Source: a virus
Taxonomy: Duplodnaviria; Caudoviricetes
Direction: 5' to 3' (one strand)
IMG/VR virus record: IMGVR_UViG_3300028805_000086
Span: 31,643-95,642 of that record
DNA length: 64,000 nucleotides
In this document: positions 30,491 through 43,415 of the stretch, in pieces
Layout of the letters: each line of letters starts with the position of its first letter
How positions within the stretch are numbered: position 1 is the stretch's first letter
The notes under the pieces: generated by a model
What the model saw: the letters and a program-made list of their open reading frames with translations, nothing else
Databases searched by the model: none
What the model was told of the DNA's origin: nothing
Made by a program: the position numbers and the translations under genes

Positions 30491-31018
30491 ATGCAGTTTA
30501 GAGATCCTACGGCAGTTATTGTACGATTGATAATTATTACAATATTGGCCATCATTGTTCTTGGTTTGTTTTCGTCGTATTTGGGAGTTGATCAAGTGGC
30601 ATCTGAATCAGTTACTACTCATGAGATGTTTGTTATATGCAGATCTGATGACTATATTCATATAAGGCTTAAACCTTCGAAAAAGAGTCAGTCAATTGGC
30701 TGGCTGGAATGCGGTGACTCTGTAATGTGCGATGGCAAAGAAAAGAATGGTTTTACACATGTGATCGGCGTTACTGAATACGATGAAGGATGGGTATATA
30801 CTGGATATTTAGTCGATGAGCCGCCTATTGATAGCGGAGAAGCTCCATATTATATTTGCTCGAATGCCCGAGTTGCTTGCCGAAAAAGTATAGATGGCAA
30901 ACGTCGTTGCTGGGCAAATCCAATGGAAACCTTGAAGGTGCTATTTTATACAGATGAATGGTGCTTAACTAATAAAGGTTTTGTACAAACAAGATATTTG
31001 GATCCCGATCCGGAATAA
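30491..31018 (+). CDS. Membrane-anchored SH3b-domain protein
   Basis: TM segment, then IHIRLKPS...GWVYTGYL and a second repeat ending GFVQTRYL; RBS AAGGAGG precedes ATG 30491. Confidence 0.6.
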   Translation: MQFRDPTAVIVRLIIITILAIIVLGLFSSYLGVDQVASESVTTHEMFVICRSDDYIHIRLKPSKKSQSIGWLECGDSVMCDGKEKNGFTHVIGVTEYDEGWVYTGYLVDEPPIDSGEAPYYICSNARVACRKSIDGKRRCWANPMETLKVLFYTDEWCLTNKGFVQTRYLDPDPE

Positions 31019-31323
31019 AAAGGAGAAATAAAAATGACGATTGGTATTGATGAATTCTGTAATGAGCTTAAAATTCAAAAAGAACATGGGCAATTTCGTT
31101 GTTTCAGACCGCAGTTTTATAAAACAATAGCTAAGGACGGAAAGGCTATTTATAACTTTAGTGATGGTTCCGGTGTAATCAAGCAGTTTAAACTTATGCC
31201 AGAATATGAAGAAACCTGGACTCGTACTGTGGATACTACAGTGGAGCCCGCAACCTATACGTTATGGAATACTTATAAGGTTTGGTAATTAATTGATATT
31301 TCTGAAAGGAGAAATAAAAGACC

Positions 31324-32265
31324 ATGGCACGTATAACTACTAAAGACATTATGGAGAAATGCAATGTTAAAGTCCAAACTATTTATAATTGGATCAAAGA
31401 AGGTCAGCTTCATGGTATTCAGGTTGGCAATGGAAAACTGAAAAAATGGGAGTTTGAAGAAGAGGAATTTAATCGGTTTCTTCGTGAAGGAAATTATCCA
31501 GGAAAAGCCGATTATATTAAAACGAGCGAGTCTTTTACAAGAACGCCCAACGTTGAAGAATGTTATCCTGTTAACTTGTTGATGGCTGTTATGAATATCA
31601 ATTCAGACAGAGATCCGATGGATGAAATTTGGAATTATGATATTCGTGCTTTCAAAGAAGTTATTAATAGTAAACTTACTGATCGTGAACAGAAAGTAAT
31701 CAGTATGCGCTATCAATTTGGTGCATCGTTATACGAAGCAGGAAAAGCATTTGACGTTACTAAAGAGCGTATACGACAAATCGAAGCAAAGGCTCTGCGT
31801 AAGCTTGCGCATTATAGCAGAGAAAATGAAAGATGTATTCTTATTTCTAGAGATAAATATGATGAGCTTAATAGTAAGTATACTAAATTGCTCGTCAGTT
31901 ATGAGCGGGAATTGGCAAAGAACCACGAGAATACCAACATATTAGACACGATTGATATTTGCGAGTTAGATTTGTCAGTTCGTCCGTACAATTGTCTTAA
32001 ACGGGCAAGTATTAACACGCTCCAGGATATTATGGAGTTTGACAAAAACCAGGAAACCAAACGTAATTGGCTTACAATCAGAAATCTTGGACGAAGAAGT
32101 TTGTATGAAATAGCCTATAAAGTGTTTGATTATTGTGGATATAATATTCATCACCTTAATGGCGAAGAAATTAAGGAAGGAGATTCTTATTATGGCCAGC
32201 AAGCGTACCAAAGAGCAGTGTATCACTTGGCTGAAAAGCGTAGCGGCGGACAAGAACAGCCTTGA
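31324..32265 (+). CDS. Transcription regulator fusion: excisionase/MerR-like HTH + sigma70 region 4 + RNAP alpha-CTD-like domain
   Basis: VQTIYNWIKEGQL; LTDREQKVISMRY...FDVTKERIRQIEAKALRKL; ICELDLSVRPYNCLKRASINTL...IRNLGRRSLYEI. Confidence 0.85.
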   Translation: MARITTKDIMEKCNVKVQTIYNWIKEGQLHGIQVGNGKLKKWEFEEEEFNRFLREGNYPGKADYIKTSESFTRTPNVEECYPVNLLMAVMNINSDRDPMDEIWNYDIRAFKEVINSKLTDREQKVISMRYQFGASLYEAGKAFDVTKERIRQIEAKALRKLAHYSRENERCILISRDKYDELNSKYTKLLVSYERELAKNHENTNILDTIDICELDLSVRPYNCLKRASINTLQDIMEFDKNQETKRNWLTIRNLGRRSLYEIAYKVFDYCGYNIHHLNGEEIKEGDSYYGQQAYQRAVYHLAEKRSGGQEQP

Positions 32266-33172
32266 CGGTATTAATGCAGAATTATGTTTAAATTTAATCG
32301 ACGAGCAAAAGAACAGATTAGATAAATTAGGAATGCAGTTTCATCAATTACAAACTGAACGAGATAAGCTTCGGGATCAGATTTATCGCGAAGATATTTT
32401 TGACCCCGCGAGGCGAAAAGAAATGGAAGATCTTGGAATAGAATTTAGTGAATTCTAAGTTCGCATCATGAACATGCTCCTTAATGGAACCAATAAATTA
32501 AGGAGGCAAGTAAAATGAAAAAGTTTAGTTGGACGATAGCAAAATTTATCGCTGCTGAGTTATTCACAAAAGGGCTTATAAAAGTGATGAAAATGGTGAT
32601 TATGTGGACAAGAGGAGCTCTTGCAGAATATGAGGCGCAAATCAATGAAATCGGCAACAAACAAAACGGAGATGAAGCCGCTTAATTAGTGGTGAAAAAG
32701 AAAAGACCAAGTAAGGAATGGGAATAAACTTGGTCTTTTACTTTTTCGCAGAAAGGAGGGGATTTAAATTGGCCAGTAAATTGAATACTGACCGCAAACC
32801 GGTAAAGCGGAATTTAGTAGGAAATCGTATCATTTATATTTGTCCGAAATGTCGACAAATTCTTCATATTCAGACTAAATATAAGAAAAACTTGTGTATG
32901 AAATGCGGTCAGTATTTAAACTGGGAAGAAATTGAACGACAGTGGTGGGTAGAATATATTATTTGTCATGATCGTGATGAGGCTAAATACTGTGCTGAGA
33001 TCTATAAAAAATGTACTGGCTATGATTGGGTGAATCCTGATATTTTTCTTGATCAATCAATTGCTTTCAACAAGAAATGGCCTAAGGAAATGATGTTTCC
33101 ATTCATGGAAAAGTCAGGGTACGGACGTTTTATGCGGCAAACTGCTAAAGTTGGATTTGAAAGGAGTAAATA

Positions 33173-33592
33173 ATGAACGGAAAAGGGATCGAATGGATTG
33201 ATATTCGACCGGATGTTATGCGAGGAATTATGTTTCGACAAGGCTTAAGCTACAGAGGTCTATGCGATCGTATGAATAATAAATACACGCATACTGTAAT
33301 TAATCGAGTTGTTAAAACCGGTAGATGTCCGGCTTATATGCTCAATGATATTTGTTCGGCATTATATGTTGCTCCATCAGCAATTATATCCGGAAAGAAA
33401 GTATGGGTTCGATTAGGTGCTACTGTGCAGTTAACAGATGAAGAATACGATTATTTAAAGAAACAGTATACAAAAGGTGAAACTATTGAGATCAGCGATT
33501 ATTTAGCAAAAGAACTTATAAAACGAGCAATCGTTGATGGGGATAGTTATATTCCGGAAGAATGTGCAAAGGAGGCGTTTGGTAATGAGTAA
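33173..33592 (+). CDS. XRE/Cro-like HTH protein
   Basis: RQGLSYRGLC...LNDICSALYVAPSAII. Confidence 0.5.
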   Translation: MNGKGIEWIDIRPDVMRGIMFRQGLSYRGLCDRMNNKYTHTVINRVVKTGRCPAYMLNDICSALYVAPSAIISGKKVWVRLGATVQLTDEEYDYLKKQYTKGETIEISDYLAKELIKRAIVDGDSYIPEECAKEAFGNE

Positions 33593-36500
33593 TTTAACGG
33601 ATATTATTGAAAAATTGAATAAAACATGGGAATTCATTAAGGATAATTGCAATGCTCCAGGAAGTCCAAAGGCTATGGCAATGAGTAGTATTAAGAAAGC
33701 AATTGTTTTTCTCGAGCAGTATAAACCTAAAAAACCTTATGCTCATAAAGATAAATATATAGGAACACGGTGTACATGTGGAAAATGCAACGAAGATATT
33801 TTGTTTGACGATTTTAAATATTGTCCTTATTGTGGCACAAAAATAGATTGGGATAATAAATAAGGAGGTGCGCAAGGCTACGGACGGAAGAAGAGTAACA
33901 TTAGAAGAAATGCGTAAAGGTCTAGATACAGCTATTCGAAGAGGTGTTAGTTCTGCGGCTACTATTTTGTGGGCCGATGTCGCGAATGAAGGTAGTGCAT
34001 ATTGTGAAGAAATGGATGCTGTGCCTGGAAGTTTATTATTAGGAGTAAGTTTTATCAAGGATGGTGAAATAGAGTATGGAACACTTCAATTGCAACCATC
34101 CAAGATTTCAAAATTTTTGAATTAAAAATAGTGTAATAATAGGAGTATTGCAAAGAATGAATGAGTATTTAGAGTGTATTGTAAAGCTTCAATATGGTGT
34201 GGAAGTAGGCGACAGAAAAGAACTAATTCATTGCGAGGATTGCAAGCACTCGTGTGACTATACAGATATTTTCCCTGACCGTGCATATAAATGCATAAAA
34301 AATGGCGGTTATCATAACGGCAGTTGGTTCTGCGCTGACGGGGAAAAATCGTAAAAGGAGCAAAATGTGAACGAAAAATGTTGCGATAACTGTAAATATT
34401 ACGAATGGTATTGGGATAAATGCAACAAATGGGATTGCGAATGTGATGCGAAAGAAGTCCATCCATGCTTTGAACCAAAGGAGAAGAATTATACAAAAGG
34501 AGCGATATAATGGAAAATAAATGTAACACCTGCGAAATATTAGAGCAAGGAGATAGACTTTATCGTTATGGAGAAGATGAAGTCGGCATCATATTTGAAA
34601 AAATAGGAAACATACAGTTTTGCCCGATGTGCGGTAAGCGATTATTGTCTTTTAGAGAAAAAAATGGATGCATATAAAAAGGAGCGAAATGCAAAAAATG
34701 ATTTTTGAAAAAGATCTTCCATTTGATTTTTGTGAAGAATGCATTCATCAAGATTTTGATTTAGATCATGAAAAAGTATATGCGTACGATAAAATAATAG
34801 AATCACGTTATGTCTTGTTCTGCAGAAATAGTAGTCTCTGTAAATATATTACAAGTAAGTTACAAAATAATGAAATAGAAAATCGAAAAGGGGATGAATA
34901 AATGGATCTTGGAGCTTTTTGTCAAATTGAAGATCTTGAAGAAATAATGGTTAAAAACGGCATTACAGTTCCGCGTCTTCGTGGGATACGTTTAATGAGC
35001 GATGAGGAACCTATTAGTAAAGAAAATATCGATAAACGAGCAAAATCAATTGGATTGTATGAATGCGAATCCGCGTGCGAATCAAATTTTAAATGGAATC
35101 CATTTTGCTTTACAATATCTGAAAGAACAAGAAAACTAAAACGAAAGTATATAGTTTATGATGAAAAGCATTATCCAATTGATATTCGCTGGGATGCCAT
35201 TCATGGGTATAAGCGAAAATTATTTAAATACAACATAAAAATGGCAGAAAAAAGAGTAAAAGAAAACTATAACATTTTTAACAAATATTGTGGCCGTTCT
35301 GATGTTCTTTATATTCATGCTAGAATTGGCGGAGGAAATTGGCCATCATATAAAGACGAAGTTGAGAACCAGCCGTGGTTCATCGAGAAAATCGATGACC
35401 CATTTGACTCAACATACTGTGATATTTATGCAAAGATTATAACTTAAATCTGGAAGAAAAGGAGGAATGATATGCATTACTGTATTGTTGTTATAACTAA
35501 AGATTTTCCAACAGATAAAGTCATTAAACAAAAGTTAGCGCCATATTATGAGGATGCTGATGATGAGGCTGCAGAAAATCAACCAATAAAATACGATAGT
35601 TGGTGCATTGGCGGAAGATACTGCGGTCTGATAAAACTTAAAGCAAATAAAAATGATGAAAATGAATATGAATGGGGTTTTTATGCAAAAACTCCAAGAG
35701 CCGGACGACTTTATCGGTCAATGATATTTGAAGAGCTCAACAATAAAAAGCCAGTTCCATGGTTCCACGAGGAGTACTATCATCCATATTTAGGATACCG
35801 TGATGGGTATTTACTGGTTGATGGCGCTAAGATTTCTGATGTAATCAATTTTGAAGAATTAGTTACAGACCATGGATATGCTTTTATTGGTAAAGATGAT
35901 GAGATATTTTGCCGTGATTACTATAATGGCAAAGAATGGGTTGATAATTTAGATTATGAAAATCAAGTACGAGAAGCAATAAAGGACGTACAGGATTGTT
36001 ATTTGACGGTAATTGACATTCATAGATGAAAAGGAGCAACTATGAAAGAATTTATTATGCAAGAAAGTGAAGAAATGACCACTTTTGGTTCAGTGTGGAA
36101 AAAATATGAACCAGTAGCAGAATTAGTAAGATGCAAAAATTGTAAATACCATGAATCGCCAGATGGATATGCTTTATTTTGTTCAAAATTAGGACGAATG
36201 GTTGATGATAACTGGTATTGTGGCGATGGAGAAAGGAGAAAAGCATAATGGGCCAGAGATTAACTATTGATATTTTAGATAATGGTGAACGGATAGGAAT
36301 TATTTATTATCATTGGTCAGCATATTTTGCTTCCGCTATTGCCGAATTGAAGCTGGTAAAAGATGATATTGTGAAAGCCAAAAATGAGAAAAAAGATATT
36401 CTTCTTGCAATTATTGAGGGTCTTGAGCTTCGTGGTGGAGGACTTGATATTTCTCCAAAAACAAGGGCCATTGCTGAAAAAGAATGGCCGTATCGTAAAT

Positions 36501-39500
36501 TTAGATATGATATAAGCCGTAATTGCGGTTTGCTTTGCCTTGACGAAGATGATATTAATGAAACAGAAGCCATGAGTGAAGGAATGGCTTCAATCGATAT
36601 TTCGTCGGAAGAAGCCACGTCTGATGTAGATCTCGAAGATGCTATACGTATCGATAAAAAACTGCTCCCGTATGATCCTTTTGATATTATGTCATTTGAG
36701 CAGCTTGAAAAAGTTTTCAAGAAAGTCGACGAACTTTACAAAAAAGCTTTTAATAAATTTTCCAGTCTTGAGGTGAAAACGTAAATGATCATTATTTATA
36801 TTTTACTAGGAGTATCCATTTTATTAGGATTGTACGCAATATGGGCATCCAGACAGAATACTAAAGCTATTGCTGCTATAATGCATGTAATCGAAGAGTA
36901 TGAACAGATACTAATGACATTTATTAAAAAAACATAATAGGGATTATGAAGATGGACAAGAAGAAGGTAATAATCGAAGCACTTAAAAATGCAGATGTGG
37001 ATGCATACGGCGTTCTGAAGATGACAACTCAAGTAAGGGACATTCTTGTCGAGTTTCTGATAGAACAGGAAGCGGTTATTCGGTGCAATCATTGTAAGCA
37101 TTACTATGAAGAAACCGGAAGATGCGACTTGCGCCATGTTCACGGAAGTGCAGAAACTTGGTTCTGTGCTGATGGAAAACGCAAGAAAGGTTCATAAGAT
37201 TGGGCGAGGAATAAATGCCCAAGACTGGTTCTGTGCTGATGGGGAAAAGGCGGTGAAGCATGACTGATAATATGTTTGGTTATCAAATTAATTTTGGAAA
37301 GAAGCAACACAAAAAAGCAAGGTGGAAAAAAGCAAGGAAGAGATGGTTATTACAATATGCAAAACTCTGCGAAAAACTTGGTGTGCAAAATGATTTGCAG
37401 GAAGGTCAGTGAAATAGGATGGATAAATTACTAGACATAGCATTATGGATTCTAATACCTATTGTTATTTTATTTGCTATTTGTGGGACAAGTATTGCTG
37501 TTTGTCTTTGTCTAAATTTGTTCTTTGGAATAAATGCCTTTAGATTGGTATAAATACAGTGAAATGAGGAGGCGAAAGTTTATGTCTTGGTTTGATAACG
37601 TAGACAAAGATCGTCTTTTGGAAGGATTGGAAGATTTTTTAGAAAGTTATACTGTTAGTGAATTAATCGAAGTAGTGAAGGCTGCTATCGAGAGAAAAGA
37701 GGAACAATGCGGATTATTATAACTTAAGAGCAGTATTGTGAACTAAATGGCACAATAAAAAAGAGGTGATTGCATGATGAAAAAGATTATTGTGTTAATT
37801 CTTGCCTGTTTGGTTTTGCTACTCACAGCCTGTCAAAAAACGCTAAGCACAGGAACCGTTATTGATAAACGTTTTTCTCCTTCGCACAAAACGTATAACC
37901 CAATAATAACGGTCGAGAACAGAAGAACACGGATTATACCACGATTCATTTCACATCCTGATGCATGGTCAATATTGGTGCAAAACGGCGAAGACAAAGA
38001 ATGGTGGGAAGTAAGCAAAGAATACTATGAATCAGTTAATATTGGTGACCATGTAGAAAGAAACGTTAAGTAAATTTGAAAAAGATGCGTATAGGAGTAT
38101 TGCAAATATGATGAGCAACTGCGATAACTGCATTTTCCGTGGGCAGTGGTGCGAGAAAGAAAATAAATGTCCATTGTTTAAAGAAGACCCGGATGACGAG
38201 GCTATTGATGAATGTTTGAAGTGCATGAAAGATGCTCCGTGGCATTGGTGGTGTTGCCGTATGGAATGTGGAGAACATGAATTTTGCAGAGGTTGTGAAG
38301 CAGAAGCACGAAAACAGCCAGAAAGAAATTGCAGATAACTTTGGATAAGGAGCGGATTGCGAAGATGATTGACCGAAAAAAGGTCATTAAAGGATTAATG
38401 ATTTGCGTTAATCGTATTCCCGGGGAATATGATTGCAACAAATGCCCTTATGAGATTGATGGAAACAACTGCGAAATCAATATGGCAAAAGACGCTCTCG
38501 CCCTGCTGAAAGAGCAGGAAGCAGTTGAGCCAACTTTGATACGTGAGGGACAGAATAAGTATTATAACGATTATGTATGTCCCCGTTGTGGCAATGACGT
38601 TGTTTATGAACAGAATTATTGTTCAGAGTGCGGTGTGCGGTTTATATGGGAAGGGTTGGTGAAGTAAATGCCCGATATGGAGAATACAATCAACAAAGCG
38701 TTCAATGAAGACAAAATGGATATGCTTGAAATGGCAATGCAAAAAGACCTTGAACGATTTCATGCTATACCGGAGCAGACAGGCGCTGATAATTTACTAA
38801 TTGATATTTACGAAACAATGTTTGAATACATGAAGGAATTAAGAAAACGGATTGAGACTTAAAGGCCAATTAGAGCGCCACAGCTTCAGGCATATTCAGC
38901 TTATTAGGGATGAACATCCCGGATTGACAATGCCTGCGTTGTTAATTTGTCTATGAATATGCACAGCGTACTCGGGAGCGATGGAGGGATACTGGCCAAC
39001 CCAGCCGGAAGAGGGGGTAGGGCTTCCGGGTTTTAACTCAAAGGTGGGGTTTTCCTATTAACGCTCGTTAGGATGTAATAGGCTCGGATATGCCTTCCCC
39101 AAATGACGCAATAAATCGGAGGTGTTTACATGTTGAAAATGTACTGTGATTTATGTGGAAAACCATTGGATCCTGATAAATCACGAAATTTCAAGATAAA
39201 AGAACTAAACGCATCATGGCATGAATTTTGGTGGCAACAAATAGATGCACATGTTGAGTGCGTTGAAAAACTACTCAATAGCGTAAAGAAAGAGCAGGAA
39301 GTGAAGGAACAGATTTCTGACGCAATCCACGAAACGGCGAAACAGTTCCGGCAGACAATTGTACGGTGCAGGGATTGTAAGAAACGAAACCAACACCATG
39401 AATGTGAATATGGGTATCATTCTGATAATTGGTTCTGTGCTGACGGGGAAAAATCGTAAAAGGAGCATTGATGAAATTTATGAAAATCGAAAATGTAATA

Positions 39501-42500
39501 ATGGAGATAGAGGATGCACTATCAGGGAATTTAGCAAAAGCAGGAAATGTTTATAATTTATCATTGAACGGGCTTAAAGACAAAGCATTGACAGATGCTC
39601 TTTCTCTGCTGGAAGAGCAGAAGATAAGAGAATTAACAATGCTTGATAAAGAGAATATTGTCAAAGGGCTTGGTGCAATACGCAGATTCTTTGAAATTGG
39701 TCAACCAAGTCAGGCAATAATATTTGATTCATATCAGAACATCATTGACGGTGCAATTGAATTGATTCACGACCAACAGAGTCAGATTGAAATTATGAAA
39801 GAACAAGAATGTGCAAAGATTAAAGAACCAGATTGCAGAATATGCGGTCAGAGTCATTGCAAATATTATCATGAATCACGAAAACCAACAGAGTGTAAAA
39901 GTTATATTCGCATGGAAAGTCGGTGAAGTGAATGGATAGGGAGAATACTATCAGCACATTTGAAAAAATAATAAATGTTTGCAAAGAAGATGGATGCGAT
40001 TTTGTAGATCTATCGTTTGAAAATGCCGAACAGATTCTTGCCCTGTTGAAAGAGCGGGAAGCAGTTAAACCAAAATGGTACTATGGTGGAACACCATTTT
40101 GTGGAAATTGCGGACATATTTTTCAAAAGAATAACAGGCAGCATATTAAAGAAATATTATTAAAATGCCCAAAGTGCGGAACGGCGGTGAAATGGAAATG
40201 AAAAAGTTGATTATTGTCCTTATTATGCTTGCAATTATAATATTCATGACTGGGTGTGCAAAAGAAGGCTTTGGGTTAATCGAAATTGAAGATGAACATC
40301 AAAGTGTACAAGGATGGAAAACGTGAATACCTTAGCTGAAGAAAGGATGAAGGTAATAGTTATGAGAGTAGTAAAAACAAAAAAGATTACAAAGGTTGTC
40401 GAGGAAGAAATCACAGTTAAAAGAATCTGTGACAATTGCGGAAAAGAACTTGCCATTAGTCATACAACCGGTTTTGGCAATCAGTATAATTATTTTCGTA
40501 TAACGACCCATCATCATGACTGGGGAAATGATAGTATTGAAAGTTATGAATCTTATGACGCGTGCTGCCCCAAGTGTGCGGTTGAAATGGCTGAAAAATA
40601 TTTGACTAATGCATATCCAGGTTACAACACAAAGACAATCGAGATCGAACATATTCGCGGTTTGGAGGGCGGAACTAGTCGAACTTACAAACACAATATC
40701 GAGGAAGATTAAAGATGGACGAAATTATCATTTCAAGAGGCTCCGGGAAATCCGCATTTTCTTATATGGTCAAATTGTATATGCTTTACAAATCCGGAAA
40801 GATAAGCAAAATGGACTATCTGTACATGAGAGGTGCGGCTCTAGTCCTTATGTTCGGTGTGTCAGAAGAAGATGCTTTGAAACAGATCGAGAAAGAGCTT
40901 GAGGAGGATGTTGATAATGAAACTGTTTGAACTGCGTGCGGAAGGTCCCGAAGCTGGTGACTGTACGATGCCATATAGTGTTGTGTTTCATAAAGAATGC
41001 ACCGTTCGAGAGTTTATTGATGAAATCCTTAAGCAAAACGAATGGGGCTACGTAATAATCGGCAGCTATTTCGATGGACCTCAGATTGGATACCGTCGCG
41101 ACAAGATTATATCCGGTGACTTTAGCCATGATATTCTTAATTCCAAGATCAAGACAGCAACGGCTCATGGCGGATGGACAAGAATGGACTACATGCTGGA
41201 TATTCAGCCGGGCGAGCAGAAGCTTCGGTATGAATATGCTCAAACTCTGAAAGAAATAGTACGACATGAGAGTGAAATTGCCAAGCTCAAGAAAAAAGCA
41301 CAAGATCTTGAGGACCAGCTCGAATCCATTGACGGACTGCCGAAAGATGTACAGGAAAAAGTCACACAAGAATGCATTGATATATTAAACGGAGAATCGA
41401 ACAATGAAGATCATGAACATGACTAAGGCCGACTTCGCTGCTGTTCCAGAACTCGACATCTGGACCGAATGGGAAAAGCTCGCTACCAACGGCCATCTAG
41501 AATTCCACTCTTTTGTCATTATTCCTGTCGATCATGATGGCGAGATTGTTCTCCACAACTCTGGCTGGGGTTGCATGGAGTTCTGTCTCGTCAATAACAA
41601 CATGGAACCTATCGGCAAGATCAGCGGAGGTTCCGATGTTGTCAATCTTGACGGCCTCGGCGGTTATGGTTCTTACAAGAATCGTGATTGGAGAGGCTAT
41701 CCGTTTCTTGTTCCGGCAAAAGGCTGGAGCATCGATTGTCTTCCCTGTGGGTATTTGCATGTGTGGACCAAGCGCACTTTGTTTCTGGAGGACAGGTATG
41801 TCTGTTCCAACTTCGAGGTCTATTCGGAAGACGTTATAAATAGGAGTATTGCGAAATTAAATGACACTTTAGCACAGGAGGAAGTAATTATGCAAACGCC
41901 GTTTATAAATGATATGTTTTCAATTTTCTACAAGGCATTTCAGAATATTTGCCCTAATAAAAAAGTTCAGATTCAATGGGTAAATGATATTGAACCGATT
42001 GACGGAGAAGAAGTTTCCGGCGTTACAAGATTTGCCGATGATGGAGCAATCGAGATTGAAGTGCTTACAAGACAAAGCGTGACGGATGCTGTAGAAACGC
42101 TGATTCATGAGTTGGCTCATGTGATTGTTGGCCCGATCAAGGAACATGGGGAAGCGTTTCATAAGGCTTGTGATGCTTTGGTTGAGGAATACACGAGAAT
42201 ACTTGACGATGAATTTTCTGATTGTATGACGCTTGAACTTGGCACAACTGAAAACATTTAAGTGACTTAAAGGCAACTTTGAAAAAGGAGCGTATAGGAG
42301 TTTAACGAAATAATGGACAGAAAAGAAGTAATCCAAAACTTACAAGGTATCAAGTCGTATCTTGTGGCTAAATCATTCGAAAAATCGAGCATCCCAAAGG
42401 AAGCACTTGAAATTACAAAAGTAGCATTTATGGAAAGCATAAAAACTATTGACTGTACAATAAATCTTCTGAGAGAACAGGAAGAAACAATCAAAAATCT

Positions 42501-43269
42501 TGAGCAAGAAATTCGTGATAAAAATATACGATTAAAAGAACGAGCAGAGCAAGTAGATTCTATGCTGAAAGAAAAGGAAGCGGTTGTACCAATACGGGAT
42601 GCAAATTGCATGAGGATGTTCCGTTGTGGCGTTTGCGGTGAATATGTCGGATTTATTGATTCAGACCCCGGAGACCCTAATGAGCAGGACAATCATTGCA
42701 GGAATTGCGGACGGAAGGTGAAGTGGTATGACTGATAGGGAAAGAGCTATTGTAATGGCATACACGGGTGTTGCGATGCTTTGCGGAGACAAACTGCATG
42801 TTTTCTACGAATATGTTTCAGAAAAGCTTGGACGTCCCATCTGGACACATGAGTTTATCAGTCAAGCCGACACGATCAAAGAACTTTCGAAAGAAGATTT
42901 CTTTGGCCTGTGTGCGGGGAAGCCGTATCAAAAGCCGAAACTTGGCAAAGAGGTGAAGTGAGGATGAGTTATCAAAGTCCTATTGAAGTTTTTCAGACTC
43001 AAATGCAAAGTCAAATTGAAGGCGAGATATATAAAGCAGCCATTAAAGTCGGCGTTAACGTTGATAAGGATGAACTGCTTAAAGCATTACAGTATGACAG
43101 AGATCAATACCAAAAGGGATATGCGGACCGTGATTCAGAAATCGTCCGGTGCAAGGATTGCCGGTGGTATGATGAAAAAATATCTTTTTGCTATAATTGC
43201 CATTTACCAAGAGAGCAAACATTTTTCTGCGCTGATGGTAAACGGAGGATTAATAAAGTGAATGGATAG
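33585..43269 (+). other. Mosaic array of ~30 small, often Cys-rich ORFs with shared modules
   Basis: Recurrent modules: (L/I)VRCKDC...WFCADG (34148, 36042, 36946, 39130, 42964) and LLKEQEAV..CxxCG..CxxCG..W (33585, 38329, 39932, 42313). Confidence 0.75.
41404..42261 (+). CDS. Apparent two-gene fusion; C-terminal HExxH metallopeptidase-like domain
   Basis: TLIHELAH; internal RBS AGGAGG plus ATG near 41890; the 5' part is GC-richer. Confidence 0.55.
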   Translation: MKIMNMTKADFAAVPELDIWTEWEKLATNGHLEFHSFVIIPVDHDGEIVLHNSGWGCMEFCLVNNNMEPIGKISGGSDVVNLDGLGGYGSYKNRDWRGYPFLVPAKGWSIDCLPCGYLHVWTKRTLFLEDRYVCSNFEVYSEDVINRSIAKLNDTLAQEEVIMQTPFINDMFSIFYKAFQNICPNKKVQIQWVNDIEPIDGEEVSGVTRFADDGAIEIEVLTRQSVTDAVETLIHELAHVIVGPIKEHGEAFHKACDALVEEYTRILDDEFSDCMTLELGTTENI

Positions 43270-43415
43270 ACTTGAGAAAGTAATCATGAGTAGCAATTGT
43301 GGTATAGTCGAGCGATTTCTAAATAGAAAAAACGGTCGAAAATCCAGAAATCTAAAACGTTTGAACCGATATATCAACAGATGGTGGTATTAACGAAAAA
43401 GGAGCGTTTTATAAA

